Shown here in pieces: positions 38,110 through 50,264 of a stretch of 64,000 nt of DNA; the first letter of the stretch is position 1; each line of letters starts with the position of its first letter. A program made the translations under genes and the position numbers. The notes beneath the pieces were generated by a model that ran no database searches, was not told where the DNA came from, and saw only the letters and a list, made by a program, of their open reading frames with translations. Where the stretch lies: sequence record DRR723986_833. One strand, 5' to 3'.

Positions 38110-38251
38110 CGCCCCGAAAGCAGGCCCTCCTGCCGAAAGGGCATAAACGACGCGCATTCGTCGACACGTAATCCCGGGTGCTGCAGCATGGCTGTGGTTG
38201 GGTTGCGGGGCGGGTGCAAGTTCCTAACCCGATGAAAATCAAGGAAAAATC
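38110..38251 (+). ncRNA. rpsB 5' leader (t44 / S2 autoregulatory element)
   Basis: Position upstream of rpsB with TCGACAC, CCGGGTGC, GGGT and TAACCC elements; boundaries approximate. Confidence 0.65.
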
Positions 38252-38998
38252 ATGTCTCATGTAAGCATGCGTGAAATGCTGCAAGCCGGCGTTCACTTCG
38301 GTCACCAGACGCGTTACTGGAACCCCAAAATGGCACCCTTCATCTTTGGTGCCCGCAACAAAATTCACATCATCAACCTCGAGCACACTGTTCCTGCGAT
38401 GAACAATGCCTTGGACGCGCTGGCTAAGCTGGGTGCGAACAAAAACAAGGTGCTGTTTGTTGGAACCAAGCGCGCTGCCGGTAAAATTATTGCCGAGCAA
38501 GCTAGCCGTGCCGGTATGCCCTATGTGAGCCACCGCTGGTTGGGCGGTATGCTGACAAACTACAAAACTATCCGTCAGTCTGTTCGTCGTCTGCGTGAGC
38601 TGGAAACTCAGGCTCAGGACGGTACTTTTGACAAGCTGACCAAGAAAGAAGCCCTGATGCGTCACCGCGACATGGAGAAGCTTGAGCGCTCCATCGGTGG
38701 TATCAAAGAAATGTCAGGCCTGCCTGATGCGCTGTTTGTTATCGACGTTGATCACGAGCGCATTGCTATCCAAGAAGCTAACAAACTGGGTATTCCGGTA
38801 TTTGGCATCGTGGATACGAACAGCAACCCCGATGGCGTTGATTACGTAATCCCTGGTAACGATGATGCGATCCGTGCGATCAAGCTTTACGTTACTGCGG
38901 TAGCTGATGTGATCATCAATGCTGGCGCTAACGCCGCAGTTGCTGCCGACGAGTTTGTTGAAGTAGCGCAGGAAGAAGGCGACGCAGCGGCCGAGTAA
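38252..38998 (+). CDS. rpsB: 30S ribosomal protein S2
   Basis: [38 protein letters not shown]. Confidence 0.99.
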   Translation: MSHVSMREMLQAGVHFGHQTRYWNPKMAPFIFGARNKIHIINLEHTVPAMNNALDALAKLGANKNKVLFVGTKRAAGKIIAEQASRAGMPYVSHRWLGGMLTNYKTIRQSVRRLRELETQAQDGTFDKLTKKEALMRHRDMEKLERSIGGIKEMSGLPDALFVIDVDHERIAIQEANKLGIPVFGIVDTNSNPDGVDYVIPGNDDAIRAIKLYVTAVADVIINAGANAAVAADEFVEVAQEEGDAAAE

Positions 38999-39017
38999 TT
39001 GGCCTGTGTAATCGCGT

Positions 39018-39043
39018 AAAAGGGGGCAAGGCCCCCTTTTTTT
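39018..39043 (+). terminator. rpsB-tsf intergenic terminator/attenuator
   Basis: AAAAGGGGGC-AAG-GCCCCCTTTTTTT. Confidence 0.8.
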
Positions 39044-39106
39044 GGATATTTATTGAGCAGGCCCGCAGGGTGGGCCGAAATCAAGCCCAAACAAGAGGAT
39101 TTTAAG

Positions 39107-39970
39107 ATGGCTGTTTCAGCAGCAATGGTTAAAGAGCTTCGCGAGCGCACTGGTCTTGGCATGATGGAGTGCAAAAAAGCACTTAATGAAGCCAATGGTG
39201 ACATCGAACTGGCGATTGAAGAGCTGCGTAAGTCAAGTGGTATGAAGGCGGCTAAAAAAGCCGGTCGTACTGCTGCTGACGGTGTTGTTGCAACAAAAGT
39301 AGCCGAAGACGGTAGCTATGCTGTGGTTGTGGAAGTGAACAGTGAGACTGACTTTGTCGCTCGCGATGAAGGCTTCCTGAGCTTTGTTGACTTGGTTGCT
39401 AACAAAGCCTTTGCTGAAAAGCAGGACGATGTGGCTGCGCTGATGGCGGGTGAGCTGGAAGTTGCTCGCGAAGCGCTGGTACAAAAAATTGGTGAAAATA
39501 TCTCGGTTCGCCGCATTCAGGTGCTCAGCGCTGAAGCGGGTGTTGTGGACAGTTATGTTCACTCTAACAACCGCATCGCTGTGTTGGTGGCCCTGAAAGG
39601 TGGTGATGCTGAACTGGCGCGCGATGTTGCCATGCACGTGGCTGCAGTAAACCCCCGTGTTGCCAAGCAAAGTGATATGCCCGAAGAAGAAGTTGCCAAA
39701 GAGCGTGAAATCTTCACTGCGCAAGCGCAGGAAAGTGGCAAGCCAGCTGAGATCATCGAGAAGATGATTGAAGGCCGTATCCGCAAGTTCCTGTCGGAGA
39801 ACGCTCTGGTTGATCAGGCTTTTGTTAAAGATCCTGAGCAGACAGTGGGCAAGTTGCTGAAGAATGCCGGTGCCGACATTCAAACCTACATTCGTTTCGA
39901 AGTAGGTGAGGGCATCGAAAAAGAAGAAGTCGACTTCGCAGCCGAAGTGGCTGCACAGCTCAAGGGCTGA
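39107..39970 (+). CDS. tsf: Elongation factor Ts
   Basis: [45 protein letters not shown]. Confidence 0.99.
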   Translation: MAVSAAMVKELRERTGLGMMECKKALNEANGDIELAIEELRKSSGMKAAKKAGRTAADGVVATKVAEDGSYAVVVEVNSETDFVARDEGFLSFVDLVANKAFAEKQDDVAALMAGELEVAREALVQKIGENISVRRIQVLSAEAGVVDSYVHSNNRIAVLVALKGGDAELARDVAMHVAAVNPRVAKQSDMPEEEVAKEREIFTAQAQESGKPAEIIEKMIEGRIRKFLSENALVDQAFVKDPEQTVGKLLKNAGADIQTYIRFEVGEGIEKEEVDFAAEVAAQLKG

Positions 39971-39979
39971 GTCGCGGAA

Positions 39980-40003
39980 GCGGGGCCTCAAGGCCCCGTT
40001 TTT
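39980..40003 (+). terminator. Intrinsic terminator after tsf
   Basis: GCGGGGCC-TCAA-GGCCCCGTTTTT. Confidence 0.8.
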
Positions 40004-40053
40004 CTATGCGATGATTAAAGTGTGTGCGGAAAGTTGATTTGCAGGGGTGAAAT

Positions 40054-40785
40054 ATGTCCACTCAAAGTCGGGACAAAAAATACAAGCGCATTCTTCTTAA
40101 ACTGAGTGGCGAGGCCCTGATGGGGCAGCTCGGTTTTGGCATTGACCCCAAGGTGCTCGATCGCATGGCACTGGAAGTGGGGCAGCTCGTGGGTATTGGT
40201 GTACAAGTTGGCCTGGTTATCGGCGGCGGAAATCTATTCCGTGGTGCAGCACTGCAAACGGCAGGCCTGGATCGTGTAACCGGCGACCACATGGGTATGC
40301 TGGCCACCTTAATGAACGCACTGGCCATGCGCGACGCGCTCGAGCGCAGTAATATCAAGTCGTCGGTAATGTCGGCGATCCCGATGAGCGGCGTGGTTGA
40401 CCACTATGATCGCCGCAAGGCCATCCGCGCGCTGAGTCGCGGCGAGGTGGTGATTTTTGCAGCGGGGACAGGTAACCCCTTTTTCACGACCGATTCTGCA
40501 GCGTGCCTGCGGGGTATTGAGGTCGATGCGGACCTGGTGCTTAAAGCCACCAAAGTGGATGGCGTGTACAGCGCTGACCCAATGATTGATCCCGATGCTA
40601 AGAAATACGACCATTTGAGTTACGATGAGGTCCTGGACAAGAAGTTAGAGGTCATGGATCTCACGGCGATTTGTCTGTGTCGCGACCACGAGATGCCGCT
40701 GCGCGTCTTTGCCATGGAGCAGCAGGGTGCGCTGTTAAATATTGTGGTCGGTGGCAACGAGGGAACTTTGGTATCAGCGGGCTAG
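40054..40785 (+). CDS. pyrH: UMP kinase
   Basis: [38 protein letters not shown]. Confidence 0.98.
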   Translation: MSTQSRDKKYKRILLKLSGEALMGQLGFGIDPKVLDRMALEVGQLVGIGVQVGLVIGGGNLFRGAALQTAGLDRVTGDHMGMLATLMNALAMRDALERSNIKSSVMSAIPMSGVVDHYDRRKAIRALSRGEVVIFAAGTGNPFFTTDSAACLRGIEVDADLVLKATKVDGVYSADPMIDPDAKKYDHLSYDEVLDKKLEVMDLTAICLCRDHEMPLRVFAMEQQGALLNIVVGGNEGTLVSAG

Positions 40786-40814
40786 TGCCCCGGTGCCAAT
40801 TGAGGAGAGAAAAA

Positions 40815-41372
40815 GTGATAGACGAACTCAAGCAAGATGCCGAAGAGCGCATGGCAAAGGCCATTGAAGCGCTGGGCGGCAATTTTAATAAAATTCGTAC
40901 TGGGCGCGCGCACCCAAGTCTTTTAGACAATATTCGCGTCTCTTACTACGGTGCCGAAACGCCGCTTTCGCAGCTGGCAAATATCGGTGTTGAAGATGCC
41001 CGAACGCTCACGGTTACGCCCTGGGAAAAAAACGTGGTGCCCGATGTTGAGAAGGCCATCATGAAGTCGGACCTCGGCTTGAACCCCAGCACGGCCGGTG
41101 CGGTTATTCGTATTCCAATGCCTGCCCTGACGGAAGAGACCCGTAAGGGCTATATCAAGCAGGCTCGCCAAGAGGCCGAGCGCGCGAGGGTTTCAGTGCG
41201 CAATGCGCGCCGCGACGTGTTGGCGGATATTAAAGAGCTGCTGAAAGAGAAAGAGATCAGTGAAGACGAAGAACGTCGCGCTCAGGATGACGTGCAAAAA
41301 ATCACTGATAAATACGTCGCAGAGGTTGATAAAGCGCTCGCGGTGAAAGAAAGCGATCTAATGGAAATTTGA
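40815..41372 (+). CDS. frr: Ribosome recycling factor
   Basis: [32 protein letters not shown] start after GAGGAG. Confidence 0.98.
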   Translation: MIDELKQDAEERMAKAIEALGGNFNKIRTGRAHPSLLDNIRVSYYGAETPLSQLANIGVEDARTLTVTPWEKNVVPDVEKAIMKSDLGLNPSTAGAVIRIPMPALTEETRKGYIKQARQEAERARVSVRNARRDVLADIKELLKEKEISEDEERRAQDDVQKITDKYVAEVDKALAVKESDLMEI

Positions 41373-41392
41373 TCGACTAAGAAGCAGTTTTC

Positions 41393-42151
41393 ATGGCAGT
41401 TGATATGGCCCATCGAGGCTCAGAACCTTCCGCGGCGCCTCGCCATGTTGCCATCATTATGGATGGCAATAATCGCTGGGCGAAAAAGCGCGGGCTCAAA
41501 GCGGCAGGCGGACATCGCGCCGGTGTGGAAGTGATTCGCGGGCTGCTTAAATGCAGTCGCGAGCGCGGCGTGAAGGTGATTACGCTGTTCGCGTTCTCCA
41601 GCGAAAATTGGCAGCGTCCAAGCATGGAAGTCCAGGCTTTGATGCGGCTGTTTGCCAGTTATCTGGATAGCGAGACCAAAAAGCTCCACGAAGATGGTGT
41701 GCGAATGCGCTTCATCGGTGAGCGGGGCCGCTTCTCCGCTGGCTTGCGCAAACAGATGGACTACAGCGAGCAGCTCACGCGCTTTAACACTGAAACGACT
41801 CTGGTGATCGCTGTGGATTATGGCGGTCAGTGGGATATTGTCAGCGCCGCACGCGAGCTTGCTCAGAAAGTTGAAGACGGGCAGTTGCGCGTTGACGACA
41901 TCGATATTACTTTGTTTGATCAACATACGGCCCTGGCTGACCTGCCCAAGCCGGATTTGTGCATACGCACCGCTGGTGAGCAGCGCATTAGTAATTTTAT
42001 GCTTTGGCAGCTTGCCTACAGCGAGTTTTATTTTTGCGATTGCCTGTGGCCAGATTTTGATGAAACGGAATTGCATAGGGCGCTAGATGCCTATGCCAGC
42101 CGTGAGCGCCGCTTCGGGGGCCGCGATAATGATAATGACAACGGCGAATAG
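41393..42151 (+). CDS. uppS: Undecaprenyl diphosphate synthase
   Basis: HVAIIMDGNNRWA, FAFSSENWQRP, IRTAGEQRISNFMLWQ. Confidence 0.97.
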   Translation: MAVDMAHRGSEPSAAPRHVAIIMDGNNRWAKKRGLKAAGGHRAGVEVIRGLLKCSRERGVKVITLFAFSSENWQRPSMEVQALMRLFASYLDSETKKLHEDGVRMRFIGERGRFSAGLRKQMDYSEQLTRFNTETTLVIAVDYGGQWDIVSAARELAQKVEDGQLRVDDIDITLFDQHTALADLPKPDLCIRTAGEQRISNFMLWQLAYSEFYFCDCLWPDFDETELHRALDAYASRERRFGGRDNDNDNGE

Positions 42152-42171
42152 ACACCGGAGATTACCCCCTT

Positions 42172-43008
42172 ATGCTTAAGCAGCGGATTATTACCGCCGT
42201 CGTGATTGTGGCTGCGCTACTTGCTGCCATGGCCTATCTGTCGGCGGGTCAACTGTCGTTACTGTTCGCTGGCATTGTGCTGGTGGCCGCGTGGGAATGG
42301 GCTGACCTCAGCGACCTGCGGCCCCAGGTGGCAAGACTGGCCTATGTCCTGGCCATTGGCGCTCTTATCGCCAGTGTGTACGCGCTATTGGGCGATGTCG
42401 CCTCCTGGTCGACGGCAGCGTTACAGGAGCTGTTTGTCGCGGCTTGTGTATGGTGGGCGGTCGCGTTGCTCTGGGTGAAAGGCTATCCGGTGAGTGCTGG
42501 CTTGTGGGGTTCTCGGCCGGTTCGCATCGTTATGGGGGTGGCGGTACTGCTGCCAACCTGGCTGGCGTTGAGCTACCTGCGTAACCTTCCCAATGGTGCC
42601 TGGCTGTTGTTAATGCTGGTGGCCTTGGTTGCCATCGCCGACATTGGGGCCTATTTCTTTGGTCGCCGCTTTGGCAAAGCGAAATTGGCGCCGGCGGTCA
42701 GCCCGGGTAAATCCTGGGCCGGGTTCTGGGGCGGCTTGGCGTGTAGCGTGTCGTTCATGGCTGCGCTCTGGTACTTCTGGCCCGGCGGCATGCCCGTGAG
42801 CCTGCCAGCCATGCTGGTGTTGGCCGCAATCACTTCACTGGCTTCGGTACTGGGAGACCTGTTAGAAAGCATGGTTAAGCGGCACCGTGGTATTAAAGAT
42901 AGTAGTCAGTTGTTGCCGGGTCATGGCGGCGTAATGGATCGCGTTGACAGTTTAACCGCTGCATCGCCGGTGTTTGCCCTGGGGCTAATGTCGGTGGGCT
43001 GGCAGTAA
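42172..43008 (+). CDS. cdsA: Phosphatidate cytidylyltransferase
   Basis: [50 protein letters not shown]. Confidence 0.97.
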   Translation: MLKQRIITAVVIVAALLAAMAYLSAGQLSLLFAGIVLVAAWEWADLSDLRPQVARLAYVLAIGALIASVYALLGDVASWSTAALQELFVAACVWWAVALLWVKGYPVSAGLWGSRPVRIVMGVAVLLPTWLALSYLRNLPNGAWLLLMLVALVAIADIGAYFFGRRFGKAKLAPAVSPGKSWAGFWGGLACSVSFMAALWYFWPGGMPVSLPAMLVLAAITSLASVLGDLLESMVKRHRGIKDSSQLLPGHGGVMDRVDSLTAASPVFALGLMSVGWQ

Positions 43009-44183
43009 TGGAGCGCGTGACGGTATTGGGGTCTACCGGCTCTATCGGCGTCAGTACCTTGGATGTACTGTCGCGTCATCGCGACACCTTCGAGCTGTAT
43101 GCCATCACTGCAAATAGCAGCGTAGAAGCAATCCTGCAGCAGGCGTTGGCTCACCAGCCTCGCTATGTTGTGCTGCGCGATGAGTCTAGCGCTGAGCAGC
43201 TGGCGACGCAGTTGCGCCAAGCGGGCAGTGAATGCGAGGTGCTTGCCGGCGAGGCGGGGCTGTGTAAGGTCGCCGCTGAAGCTGACACGGTGATGGCGGC
43301 GATAGTGGGGGCGGCCGGTTTGCTGCCTACATTGTCGGCCGTTGAGGCGGGGGCTAAAGTCCTGCTGGCTAATAAAGAGTCATTGGTTATGGCGGGCCAG
43401 CTGTTTATGGATGCGGTGGAACGCAGCGGTTCGACGTTGTTGCCCATCGACAGTGAGCACAATGCCATCTTTCAATGTATGCCCGGCGTGCATCGCCAAG
43501 GTCTCGATGCGCAGGGGGTGCGACGTATTTTGCTGACCGGCTCTGGCGGGCCCTTCCGGCAGCGCTCGGTAGAGAGTTTGGCGTCGGTGACGCCCGATGA
43601 GGCCTGCGCCCATCCGAATTGGTCCATGGGGCGAAAGATCTCCGTCGACTCTGCCACCATGATGAACAAAGGGCTCGAGCTTATCGAGGCGTGCTGGTTG
43701 TTCCACTGCCCCCCGGAGCGCATCGACGTGGTGGTTCATCCGCAAAGCGTTATTCACTCGATGGTGGAATATGTCGATGGCTCCGTGCTGGCGCAAATGG
43801 GCCAGCCCGATATGCGCACGCCGATCGCCCATGCCCTGGCTTGGCCTAAGCGCATGGAATCCGGCGTTGCCTCTCTGGATTTGATTGTGCAGGCGCGGCT
43901 GGATTTTGAGGCCCCGGATGAGCAGCGTTTCCCCTGTTTGCGTCTGGCAAGAGAGGCCGCAGAGCTTGGCGGCAGTGCCAGCGCCAGTTTGAATGCAGCG
44001 AATGAAATTGCTGTCGAGGCGTTTTTGGCCGAGCAATTGCCGTTCACCGCGATACCGACACTGCTGGAGCGCGTGATGGCTGACGTTGAAAATGTTGAAC
44101 CGCTGACGCTGGGCGATGTCCAAGCTGCGGACCTTCAGGCGCGTGAGCGCGCGCGGTCTCTCGTTCGCGAATTTGGATTTTGA
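43008..44183 (+). CDS. dxr: 1-deoxy-D-xylulose-5-phosphate reductoisomerase
   Basis: [43 protein letters not shown]. Confidence 0.98.
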   Translation: MERVTVLGSTGSIGVSTLDVLSRHRDTFELYAITANSSVEAILQQALAHQPRYVVLRDESSAEQLATQLRQAGSECEVLAGEAGLCKVAAEADTVMAAIVGAAGLLPTLSAVEAGAKVLLANKESLVMAGQLFMDAVERSGSTLLPIDSEHNAIFQCMPGVHRQGLDAQGVRRILLTGSGGPFRQRSVESLASVTPDEACAHPNWSMGRKISVDSATMMNKGLELIEACWLFHCPPERIDVVVHPQSVIHSMVEYVDGSVLAQMGQPDMRTPIAHALAWPKRMESGVASLDLIVQARLDFEAPDEQRFPCLRLAREAAELGGSASASLNAANEIAVEAFLAEQLPFTAIPTLLERVMADVENVEPLTLGDVQAADLQARERARSLVREFGF

Positions 44184-44194
44184 GGTAGCTGGCC

Positions 44195-45553
44195 GTGCTG
44201 GGACTTCTGCAAACGATATTCATCACGGTACTGACGCTGGGTATCCTGGTGTCAATTCACGAGTTTGGTCATTTCTGGGTGGCACGTCGCTGCGGTGTCA
44301 AAGTGCTGCGTTTTTCTGTGGGCTTTGGCAAGCCGCTGCTCAGTTGGCGAGACAAGTTGGGCACGGAGTACGCCGTAGCGGGAATTCCGCTGGGTGGCTA
44401 TGTAAAAATGCTGGACGAGCGCGAGGGCGAGGTTCCCGAAGACCAGCGCCACATGGCCTTTAACCGGGCAACGCCGATGAAGCGCATTGCGATTGCTGCT
44501 GCCGGCCCCTTAGCGAATTTTATACTGGCCATATTTGTATATTGGCTGGTTTTTCTCAATGGCGTTAGCGGCGTTGCGCCGGTCATTGACCGCGTTGCCC
44601 CCGGTTCGCTGGCTGAGCAGGCCGGTCTCATTGAAGGTCAGGAAATTGTCGCTGTTGATGGCGTGGAGACCCCTACGTGGGAAACGCTGCAAATGCAGTT
44701 GCTGGAGCGCATTGGCGAGAGCGGCGAACTCAGTATCAGCGTGAAAACTGCGGGCTCGAGTCTGCGCTACGAAAACCGCGTTCAGATCGACAAGTGGATG
44801 CAAGGCCTGGAAGAGCCGCGCCCTCTGGACGAGTTAGGCGTGACATTGTTTGTGCCTGAATTAGTGCCTGAAATTGGTGAGCTGGTCGCGGGCGGAGCCG
44901 CACAGCAAGCGGGTTTGCAGGAAGGCGATATTATCGTTGAGTCCGACGGAAAGGCGGTGTCGACTTGGCAGGATTGGGTGCAAGTTGTTCGCGCCAGCCC
45001 CGATAAGGCGCTGTCTTTGCGGGTTAAGCGCGATAACCGCTTGCTAGATCTTGTGATGACGCCGCAGAGAAAGCTTGAAGACAACGGCATGGCTGTCGGT
45101 TTTGCTGGGGTAGGGGTTAAGCCACCGCAGTGGCCCGAGAACATGCTCCGTGAGGTGGATTACGGCCCCGTGGCCGCCCTGGTTGCTGCCAGCGAAAAGA
45201 CGTGGCGCATGAGTGTGTTTACGCTGGAATCGATAAAAAAAATGATCACCGGCTTGTTGTCGCCGAAAAACTTGAGTGGCCCGATAACGATTGCTAAAGT
45301 GGCCGGCTCTTCCGCTCAGTACGGCTTTTTTTCGTGGCTGAGTTTTCTGGGCTTGCTGAGTATCAGTTTGGCGGTATTGAACTTGCTGCCAATTCCGATC
45401 CTTGATGGCGGACATATTGTCTATGCCGCGATTGAGGGCATTATCGGTCGCCCGGTAACGGAACAAGTGCAGGCATGGGCTAACCAATTGGGTTTGGCGT
45501 TGGTGGTGTGTGTCATGTTTTTTGCTTTATATAACGACGTATTGCGCCTCTGA
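44195..45553 (+). CDS. rseP: RIP metalloprotease RseP
   Basis: HEFGH, two PDZ domains, NLLPIPILDGG. Confidence 0.97.
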   Translation: MLGLLQTIFITVLTLGILVSIHEFGHFWVARRCGVKVLRFSVGFGKPLLSWRDKLGTEYAVAGIPLGGYVKMLDEREGEVPEDQRHMAFNRATPMKRIAIAAAGPLANFILAIFVYWLVFLNGVSGVAPVIDRVAPGSLAEQAGLIEGQEIVAVDGVETPTWETLQMQLLERIGESGELSISVKTAGSSLRYENRVQIDKWMQGLEEPRPLDELGVTLFVPELVPEIGELVAGGAAQQAGLQEGDIIVESDGKAVSTWQDWVQVVRASPDKALSLRVKRDNRLLDLVMTPQRKLEDNGMAVGFAGVGVKPPQWPENMLREVDYGPVAALVAASEKTWRMSVFTLESIKKMITGLLSPKNLSGPITIAKVAGSSAQYGFFSWLSFLGLLSISLAVLNLLPIPILDGGHIVYAAIEGIIGRPVTEQVQAWANQLGLALVVCVMFFALYNDVLRL

Positions 45554-45637
45554 TTTTAGGGTTTAGCGATATATTTTACCCAGTGCTCTTGCGCCCTCGT
45601 TTTGGTGCCGAGCCCTAGCCGTGGTTGCTGGTTTTTG

Positions 45638-48220
45638 ATGAAACGCTTTTTCCTGTACGCATTGTTTTTTTGTTTGGCGAGTCCGCTGGTGTCTGCGCAA
45701 ACGCGCATCAACGATATCCGCGTTGAGGGTTTGCAACGTATTGCGGCCGAAACGGTGTTTTCGGCGTTGCCGCTCAATGTTGGTGACCTGATCACTCAGC
45801 AAGCCGTTGCCCAGTCGTCCCGCGCGCTGTTTGCTACCGGTAATTTCGATGACATCCAGATCGGCGTAGACAAAGACGTTCTGGTTGTCCGGGTAACAGA
45901 GCGACCCGCCATCAGTAAAATTAATATCGAAGGTAACAAAGCTCTGGCAACCGATGCCCTGTTAGACGGTTTGAAAGGGGCTGGTCTGGCCGAGGGCCAG
46001 GTGTTCAAGCGGGCAACGCTTGAAAATATGCGAATGGAATTGACCCGTCAGTACGTGTCACAGGGTCGTTACGATGCCGGTATTGAAACCGATGTGGTGG
46101 CTGAGCCGCGCAACCGGGTGTCGATCTCGATCAATATCGATGAAGGCAGTACCGCGTCGATCAAGCACATCAATATTGTCGGCAACAGTGTTTACGATGA
46201 TGAAACCCTGCTCGACGAATTTGAGTTAAAGCCCAGTGGCTTCTTCTCTTTCTTCAGCAGCAGCGACAAGTACGCGCGGGAAAAGTTGAAAGGCGACCTG
46301 GAAACGCTCAACTCCTACTATCTTGACCGCGGGTATCTGCGCTTTAACACCGACTCAATCCAGGTCTCGATCAGCCCTGACCGTAAGTCGGTGTACATTA
46401 CCGTCAATGTCACCGAGGGCGATAAGTACACCGTTAGCGGCGCTGAGCTATCGGGTGATCTGGTCATTCCCGAGGATGACCTCAAGCGCTTTATTTTAGT
46501 ACGGGAAGGTCAGGTGTTCTCGCAGGCCTTGGTTACCAGCACTGAAGAGTTTCTTGTCAAACGCCTAGGTAATGAAGGCTATAACTTCGCAAAGGTGCGC
46601 GGTATTCCTGAGGTCGATGAAGACGCCGGCACCGTTGCACTGAAATTCTTTATCGATCCGGGTAAGCGCACCTACGTTCGACGGATCAGCTTCGAGGGCA
46701 ATGAGCGCACCGCCGACGAAGTACTGCGCCGGGAAATGCGTCAGATGGAAGCAGCCCCCGCATCGGCAGACAAAATTGAATTGTCGCGTATTCGCCTGGA
46801 GCGCCTGGGTTACTTTAAGGGGGCGAAAGTCGAAACCCTTGAAGTGCCGGGTAGCGACGACCTGATTGACCTGACTTACTCTGTAGAAGAACAGAGCTCC
46901 GGCAGTTTGGGTGCCAGTGTTGGTTTCTCGCAAGACAGCGGTCTGTTGCTGAGCGCGAATATCCAGCAGAACAACTTCCTGGGTACCGGTAAACAAGTGG
47001 GCTTTGGTGTATCACGCAGTGACTTCCTGACCAGTGCCAGCTTTAACTATCTCGACCCATACTTTACCGAAGATGGCGTTAGCCGCGGTTTCTCGGTGTT
47101 CTACCGTGCTACCGACTTCGAAGAGGTCAACGTTGCCAGTTATACCACCGATACTTATGGCACCAGTGTTAACTTTGGTTACCCCATTTCTGAAACCGAG
47201 CGTTTAGGGTTTGAACTGGGCTACAACTTAACCTCCATCGAAGCCGGCGTCCGCGCGGTGAAAGAGATTAAAACCAGCCCCCGTATTTTCGATGCCGTGG
47301 ATAACTACTTTGTCAGCACGCGCGACCCCAGTACTGGTCGTTACACGGTTGCTGAAGTTCTTGAGGACATTGCCAATCTGCCTGCTGGTGCCCTAACAGA
47401 AAGCGACGAGCCGGGCTTCCTGGATGAATATGGCGATGAGTTTGGCAACTTCACCGCGGGCATTTCGTGGCGCCAGTCAACGCTGAACCGGGGCCTCTTG
47501 GCAACGCGGGGTGCTTCGCAGTCTGTGTCGCTGGAAGCGTCAATTCCAGGCTCAGACCTGGAGTACTACCGACTCACTTATAACGGCCAGTTGTACGTGC
47601 CGATCAGCAATAGTTTTACGCTGCGCTTTAAGACGGAGCTCGGATACGGTGATGGCTACGGTAACCTCGATAAATTGCCTTTCTATGAGCATTTTTATGC
47701 AGGGGGCTTCAGCTCGGTTCGGGGATACCGCAGTAATACACTTGGGCCGCGCAGCTCGCCAGCCGACGTCTATCGTATTTCGCAGGCGGCAACAGCCATA
47801 GACAGTAACGGGAACGCGACGGCGCTGTCGGCTCAGGCCGCCTATGTCTTAGACCCGGCAACCGGGCAGTTGGTGGTAGATACCGCATCCTCTCTGGGGG
47901 ATGAAGCCGATCCCTTTGGCGGCAATGTGCTGATGGAAGGCAGTATTGAATTGCTGTTCCCACTGCCATTCGTGAAGGATCAGCGCTCCGTTCGCAGTGG
48001 TCTGTTCCTTGATGCGGGTAATGTATTCAGCACTAGCTGTAGCTCTACTCAGATCAACTGTTCGTCTCCCAGTGTCGACGAGCTGCGATACTCTGCTGGC
48101 TTTGGTGTTACCTGGATCACCGGTTTCGGTCCGCTGACCTTTAGCTTGGGCCGGGCGCTGAATGACGAAAAAATTGACGAGACCGAAATATTCCAATTCT
48201 CTCTCGGTCGGACTTTTTAA
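45638..48220 (+). CDS. bamA: Outer membrane protein assembly factor BamA
   Basis: POTRA repeats (DIRVEGLQRI...), FYAGGFSSVRGY, C-terminal FQFSLGRTF. Confidence 0.97.
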   Translation: MKRFFLYALFFCLASPLVSAQTRINDIRVEGLQRIAAETVFSALPLNVGDLITQQAVAQSSRALFATGNFDDIQIGVDKDVLVVRVTERPAISKINIEGNKALATDALLDGLKGAGLAEGQVFKRATLENMRMELTRQYVSQGRYDAGIETDVVAEPRNRVSISINIDEGSTASIKHINIVGNSVYDDETLLDEFELKPSGFFSFFSSSDKYAREKLKGDLETLNSYYLDRGYLRFNTDSIQVSISPDRKSVYITVNVTEGDKYTVSGAELSGDLVIPEDDLKRFILVREGQVFSQALVTSTEEFLVKRLGNEGYNFAKVRGIPEVDEDAGTVALKFFIDPGKRTYVRRISFEGNERTADEVLRREMRQMEAAPASADKIELSRIRLERLGYFKGAKVETLEVPGSDDLIDLTYSVEEQSSGSLGASVGFSQDSGLLLSANIQQNNFLGTGKQVGFGVSRSDFLTSASFNYLDPYFTEDGVSRGFSVFYRATDFEEVNVASYTTDTYGTSVNFGYPISETERLGFELGYNLTSIEAGVRAVKEIKTSPRIFDAVDNYFVSTRDPSTGRYTVAEVLEDIANLPAGALTESDEPGFLDEYGDEFGNFTAGISWRQSTLNRGLLATRGASQSVSLEASIPGSDLEYYRLTYNGQLYVPISNSFTLRFKTELGYGDGYGNLDKLPFYEHFYAGGFSSVRGYRSNTLGPRSSPADVYRISQAATAIDSNGNATALSAQAAYVLDPATGQLVVDTASSLGDEADPFGGNVLMEGSIELLFPLPFVKDQRSVRSGLFLDAGNVFSTSCSSTQINCSSPSVDELRYSAGFGVTWITGFGPLTFSLGRALNDEKIDETEIFQFSLGRTF

Positions 48221-48250
48221 CCTACATAGAATAATGTTTAGGAGTGTTAC

Positions 48251-48760
48251 ATGAAGGTAGTTAAATTTGCCGTTTTAATGGTAGCAATGCTGTGGGGTTC
48301 CGTTGCCCTGGCTCAGGGGCGCATCGCGGTTTTTGATTTGGAAGCAGCGGTTCTCAATACTGATGTTGCTAAGCAGCGTTTGAACGCCCTGCGCAATCAG
48401 AAAGAGTTCAAAAACAACTTGTCAGAGCTTGAGACGGTGCGCAAGGACTACGAAAAGCTCGTGCAAAAACTGCAAAAAGACATTGAGATCATGAGTGCGG
48501 AGCAGCGCCAACTGGCCAAGAATCAGATTGATTCAAAACGCTCTGACGGCGAGCACTTGGCTCGTAAGATCGAAGCTGCACAGCAGCAGGAAGTGCAGAC
48601 CATCATGAAAGAAGTTGGCCCCAAACTTCAGAAGCTGCTGCCCGAAATTATTAAAGAAGAAAACATCGGTTTACTGCTGCCAGCTAAGGCGGTAATGCAC
48701 GCCGATGCGGGATATAACATTACTGCTAAAGTTGCCGACAAGCTCAATCAGGCAAAATAA
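48251..48760 (+). CDS. skp: Skp/OmpH periplasmic chaperone
   Basis: Signal peptide, IAVFD, coiled-coil body; position between bamA and lpxD. Confidence 0.9.
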   Translation: MKVVKFAVLMVAMLWGSVALAQGRIAVFDLEAAVLNTDVAKQRLNALRNQKEFKNNLSELETVRKDYEKLVQKLQKDIEIMSAEQRQLAKNQIDSKRSDGEHLARKIEAAQQQEVQTIMKEVGPKLQKLLPEIIKEENIGLLLPAKAVMHADAGYNITAKVADKLNQAK

Positions 48761-49821
48761 TGGCTGAGCAAAAGTCTTTGCGCCTTGCTGATTTAGCGGG
48801 CTTACTGAAGTTGCCGTACGAAGGAGACGGCAACTTGGTATTGACCGGCATGGCGGCGCTGGACACTGCGAGTTCCTCGCAGCTGAGTTTTCTCGCCAAT
48901 GCCAAGTACCGCAGTCAGTTGGCTGAGACGGCAGCGGCGGCGGCGATTATTCACCCCGATATGGTCAGCCATGCAAATGACATGCGGCCAGAAATGGCGG
49001 TGATTGTATCGGCGAACCCCTATCTTGCCTACGCGGAAGCCAGCGCATTATTCGACCCCCTCGAAAAGCCCCGCGCAGGTATCCATCCCTCTGCCGTTGT
49101 TATGTCGGAAAACGTTCACGCCAGTGCCAGTATTGGTGCCAACTGCGTTATCGAAGAGGGCGCGACCATCGGCGAAAATGTGGTGATTAGCGCCGGGACG
49201 ATAGTGGGGCGGGGCAGTAGCGTGGGTAAATACAGTTACCTTCACGCCAATGTCACTGTCTACCACGGTGTCAGTATCGGTGAGTCCTGTGTTGTCCACT
49301 CCGGCGTGGTCATTGGCGGCGACGGGTTTGGCTTTGCGCCTTCTGAGCAGGGCTGGGTGAAAATACATCAGCTCGGTGGCGTGCGCATTGGCGACCGAGT
49401 GGAAGTTGGTGCGAATTCCTGTATTGATCGGGGTGCACTCAACGACACGGTCATTGGCGACGGCGTCATCATGGATGACTTCACCATGATCGCTCACAAC
49501 GTCGAAGTCGGCGCGGGCACGGCAATGGCAGCCTGCTGCCAGGTTGCGGGCAGCGCCGTTATTGGTAAGAACTGTACCTTGGCGGGCAATATTGGTGTGG
49601 TTGGGCATATCCGTATTGCCGATGGCGTTCACCTTACCGCCCGAAGCCTGGTCACAAAATCGATTAGTGAGGCCGGCTCCTATTCCAGTGGTGGCAGTCC
49701 TCTAATGCCGTCTGCGCAGTGGCGAAAGAACACTGCCAGACTGTCCAAGCTTGATGATTTGTATCGCCGTGTTCAGGCGATGGAAAAAGAACTGCGAACG
49801 CTGCACGAGGAAAGAGATTGA
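48760..49821 (+). CDS. lpxD: UDP-3-O-acylglucosamine N-acyltransferase
   Basis: LSFLAN.KY, NPYLAYA, hexapeptide repeats, [19 protein letters not shown]. Confidence 0.97.
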   Translation: MAEQKSLRLADLAGLLKLPYEGDGNLVLTGMAALDTASSSQLSFLANAKYRSQLAETAAAAAIIHPDMVSHANDMRPEMAVIVSANPYLAYAEASALFDPLEKPRAGIHPSAVVMSENVHASASIGANCVIEEGATIGENVVISAGTIVGRGSSVGKYSYLHANVTVYHGVSIGESCVVHSGVVIGGDGFGFAPSEQGWVKIHQLGGVRIGDRVEVGANSCIDRGALNDTVIGDGVIMDDFTMIAHNVEVGAGTAMAACCQVAGSAVIGKNCTLAGNIGVVGHIRIADGVHLTARSLVTKSISEAGSYSSGGSPLMPSAQWRKNTARLSKLDDLYRRVQAMEKELRTLHEERD

Positions 49822-49823
49822 GC

Positions 49824-50264
49824 ATGGTTATGGATATCAACGAGGTTCAGGAATACCTCCCTCACCGCTACCCCTTTTTATTGGTGGATAAAGTCGTTGA
49901 GTTGACGCTTGGTGAGTCGATTGTTGCGATTAAAAACGTCACCGGAAATGAAAACCACTTCAATGGCCATTTCCCAGGCCTGCCGATTATGCCAGGCGTG
50001 TTGATCATTGAGGCGATGGCGCAGGCAGCGGGCATTCTGGGGTTTAAGACGCTCGACAAAAAGCCCTCCGATGGCTCGATCTACATGTTTGCTGGCGTCG
50101 ATAACGCGCGTTTCAAGCGACAGGTTGTCCCCGGTGACCAGCTGATCCTGAAAGCTCAGTACGTTTCCGATCGTAAAGGGCTGTGGAAATTTGAGTGTCA
50201 GGCTTATGTTGAGGATACACTGGCCTGCTCGGCAACCATTTTATGTATTGATCGGAAGAAGTGA
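49824..50264 (+). CDS. fabZ: 3-hydroxyacyl-ACP dehydratase
   Basis: [29 protein letters not shown]. Confidence 0.98.
   Translation: MVMDINEVQEYLPHRYPFLLVDKVVELTLGESIVAIKNVTGNENHFNGHFPGLPIMPGVLIIEAMAQAAGILGFKTLDKKPSDGSIYMFAGVDNARFKRQVVPGDQLILKAQYVSDRKGLWKFECQAYVEDTLACSATILCIDRKK

Noticed and set aside
37963-38157. Extended start of map
   Set aside because: It overlaps the divergent rpsB promoter region; typical Map begins at MNVTIKT (37962).
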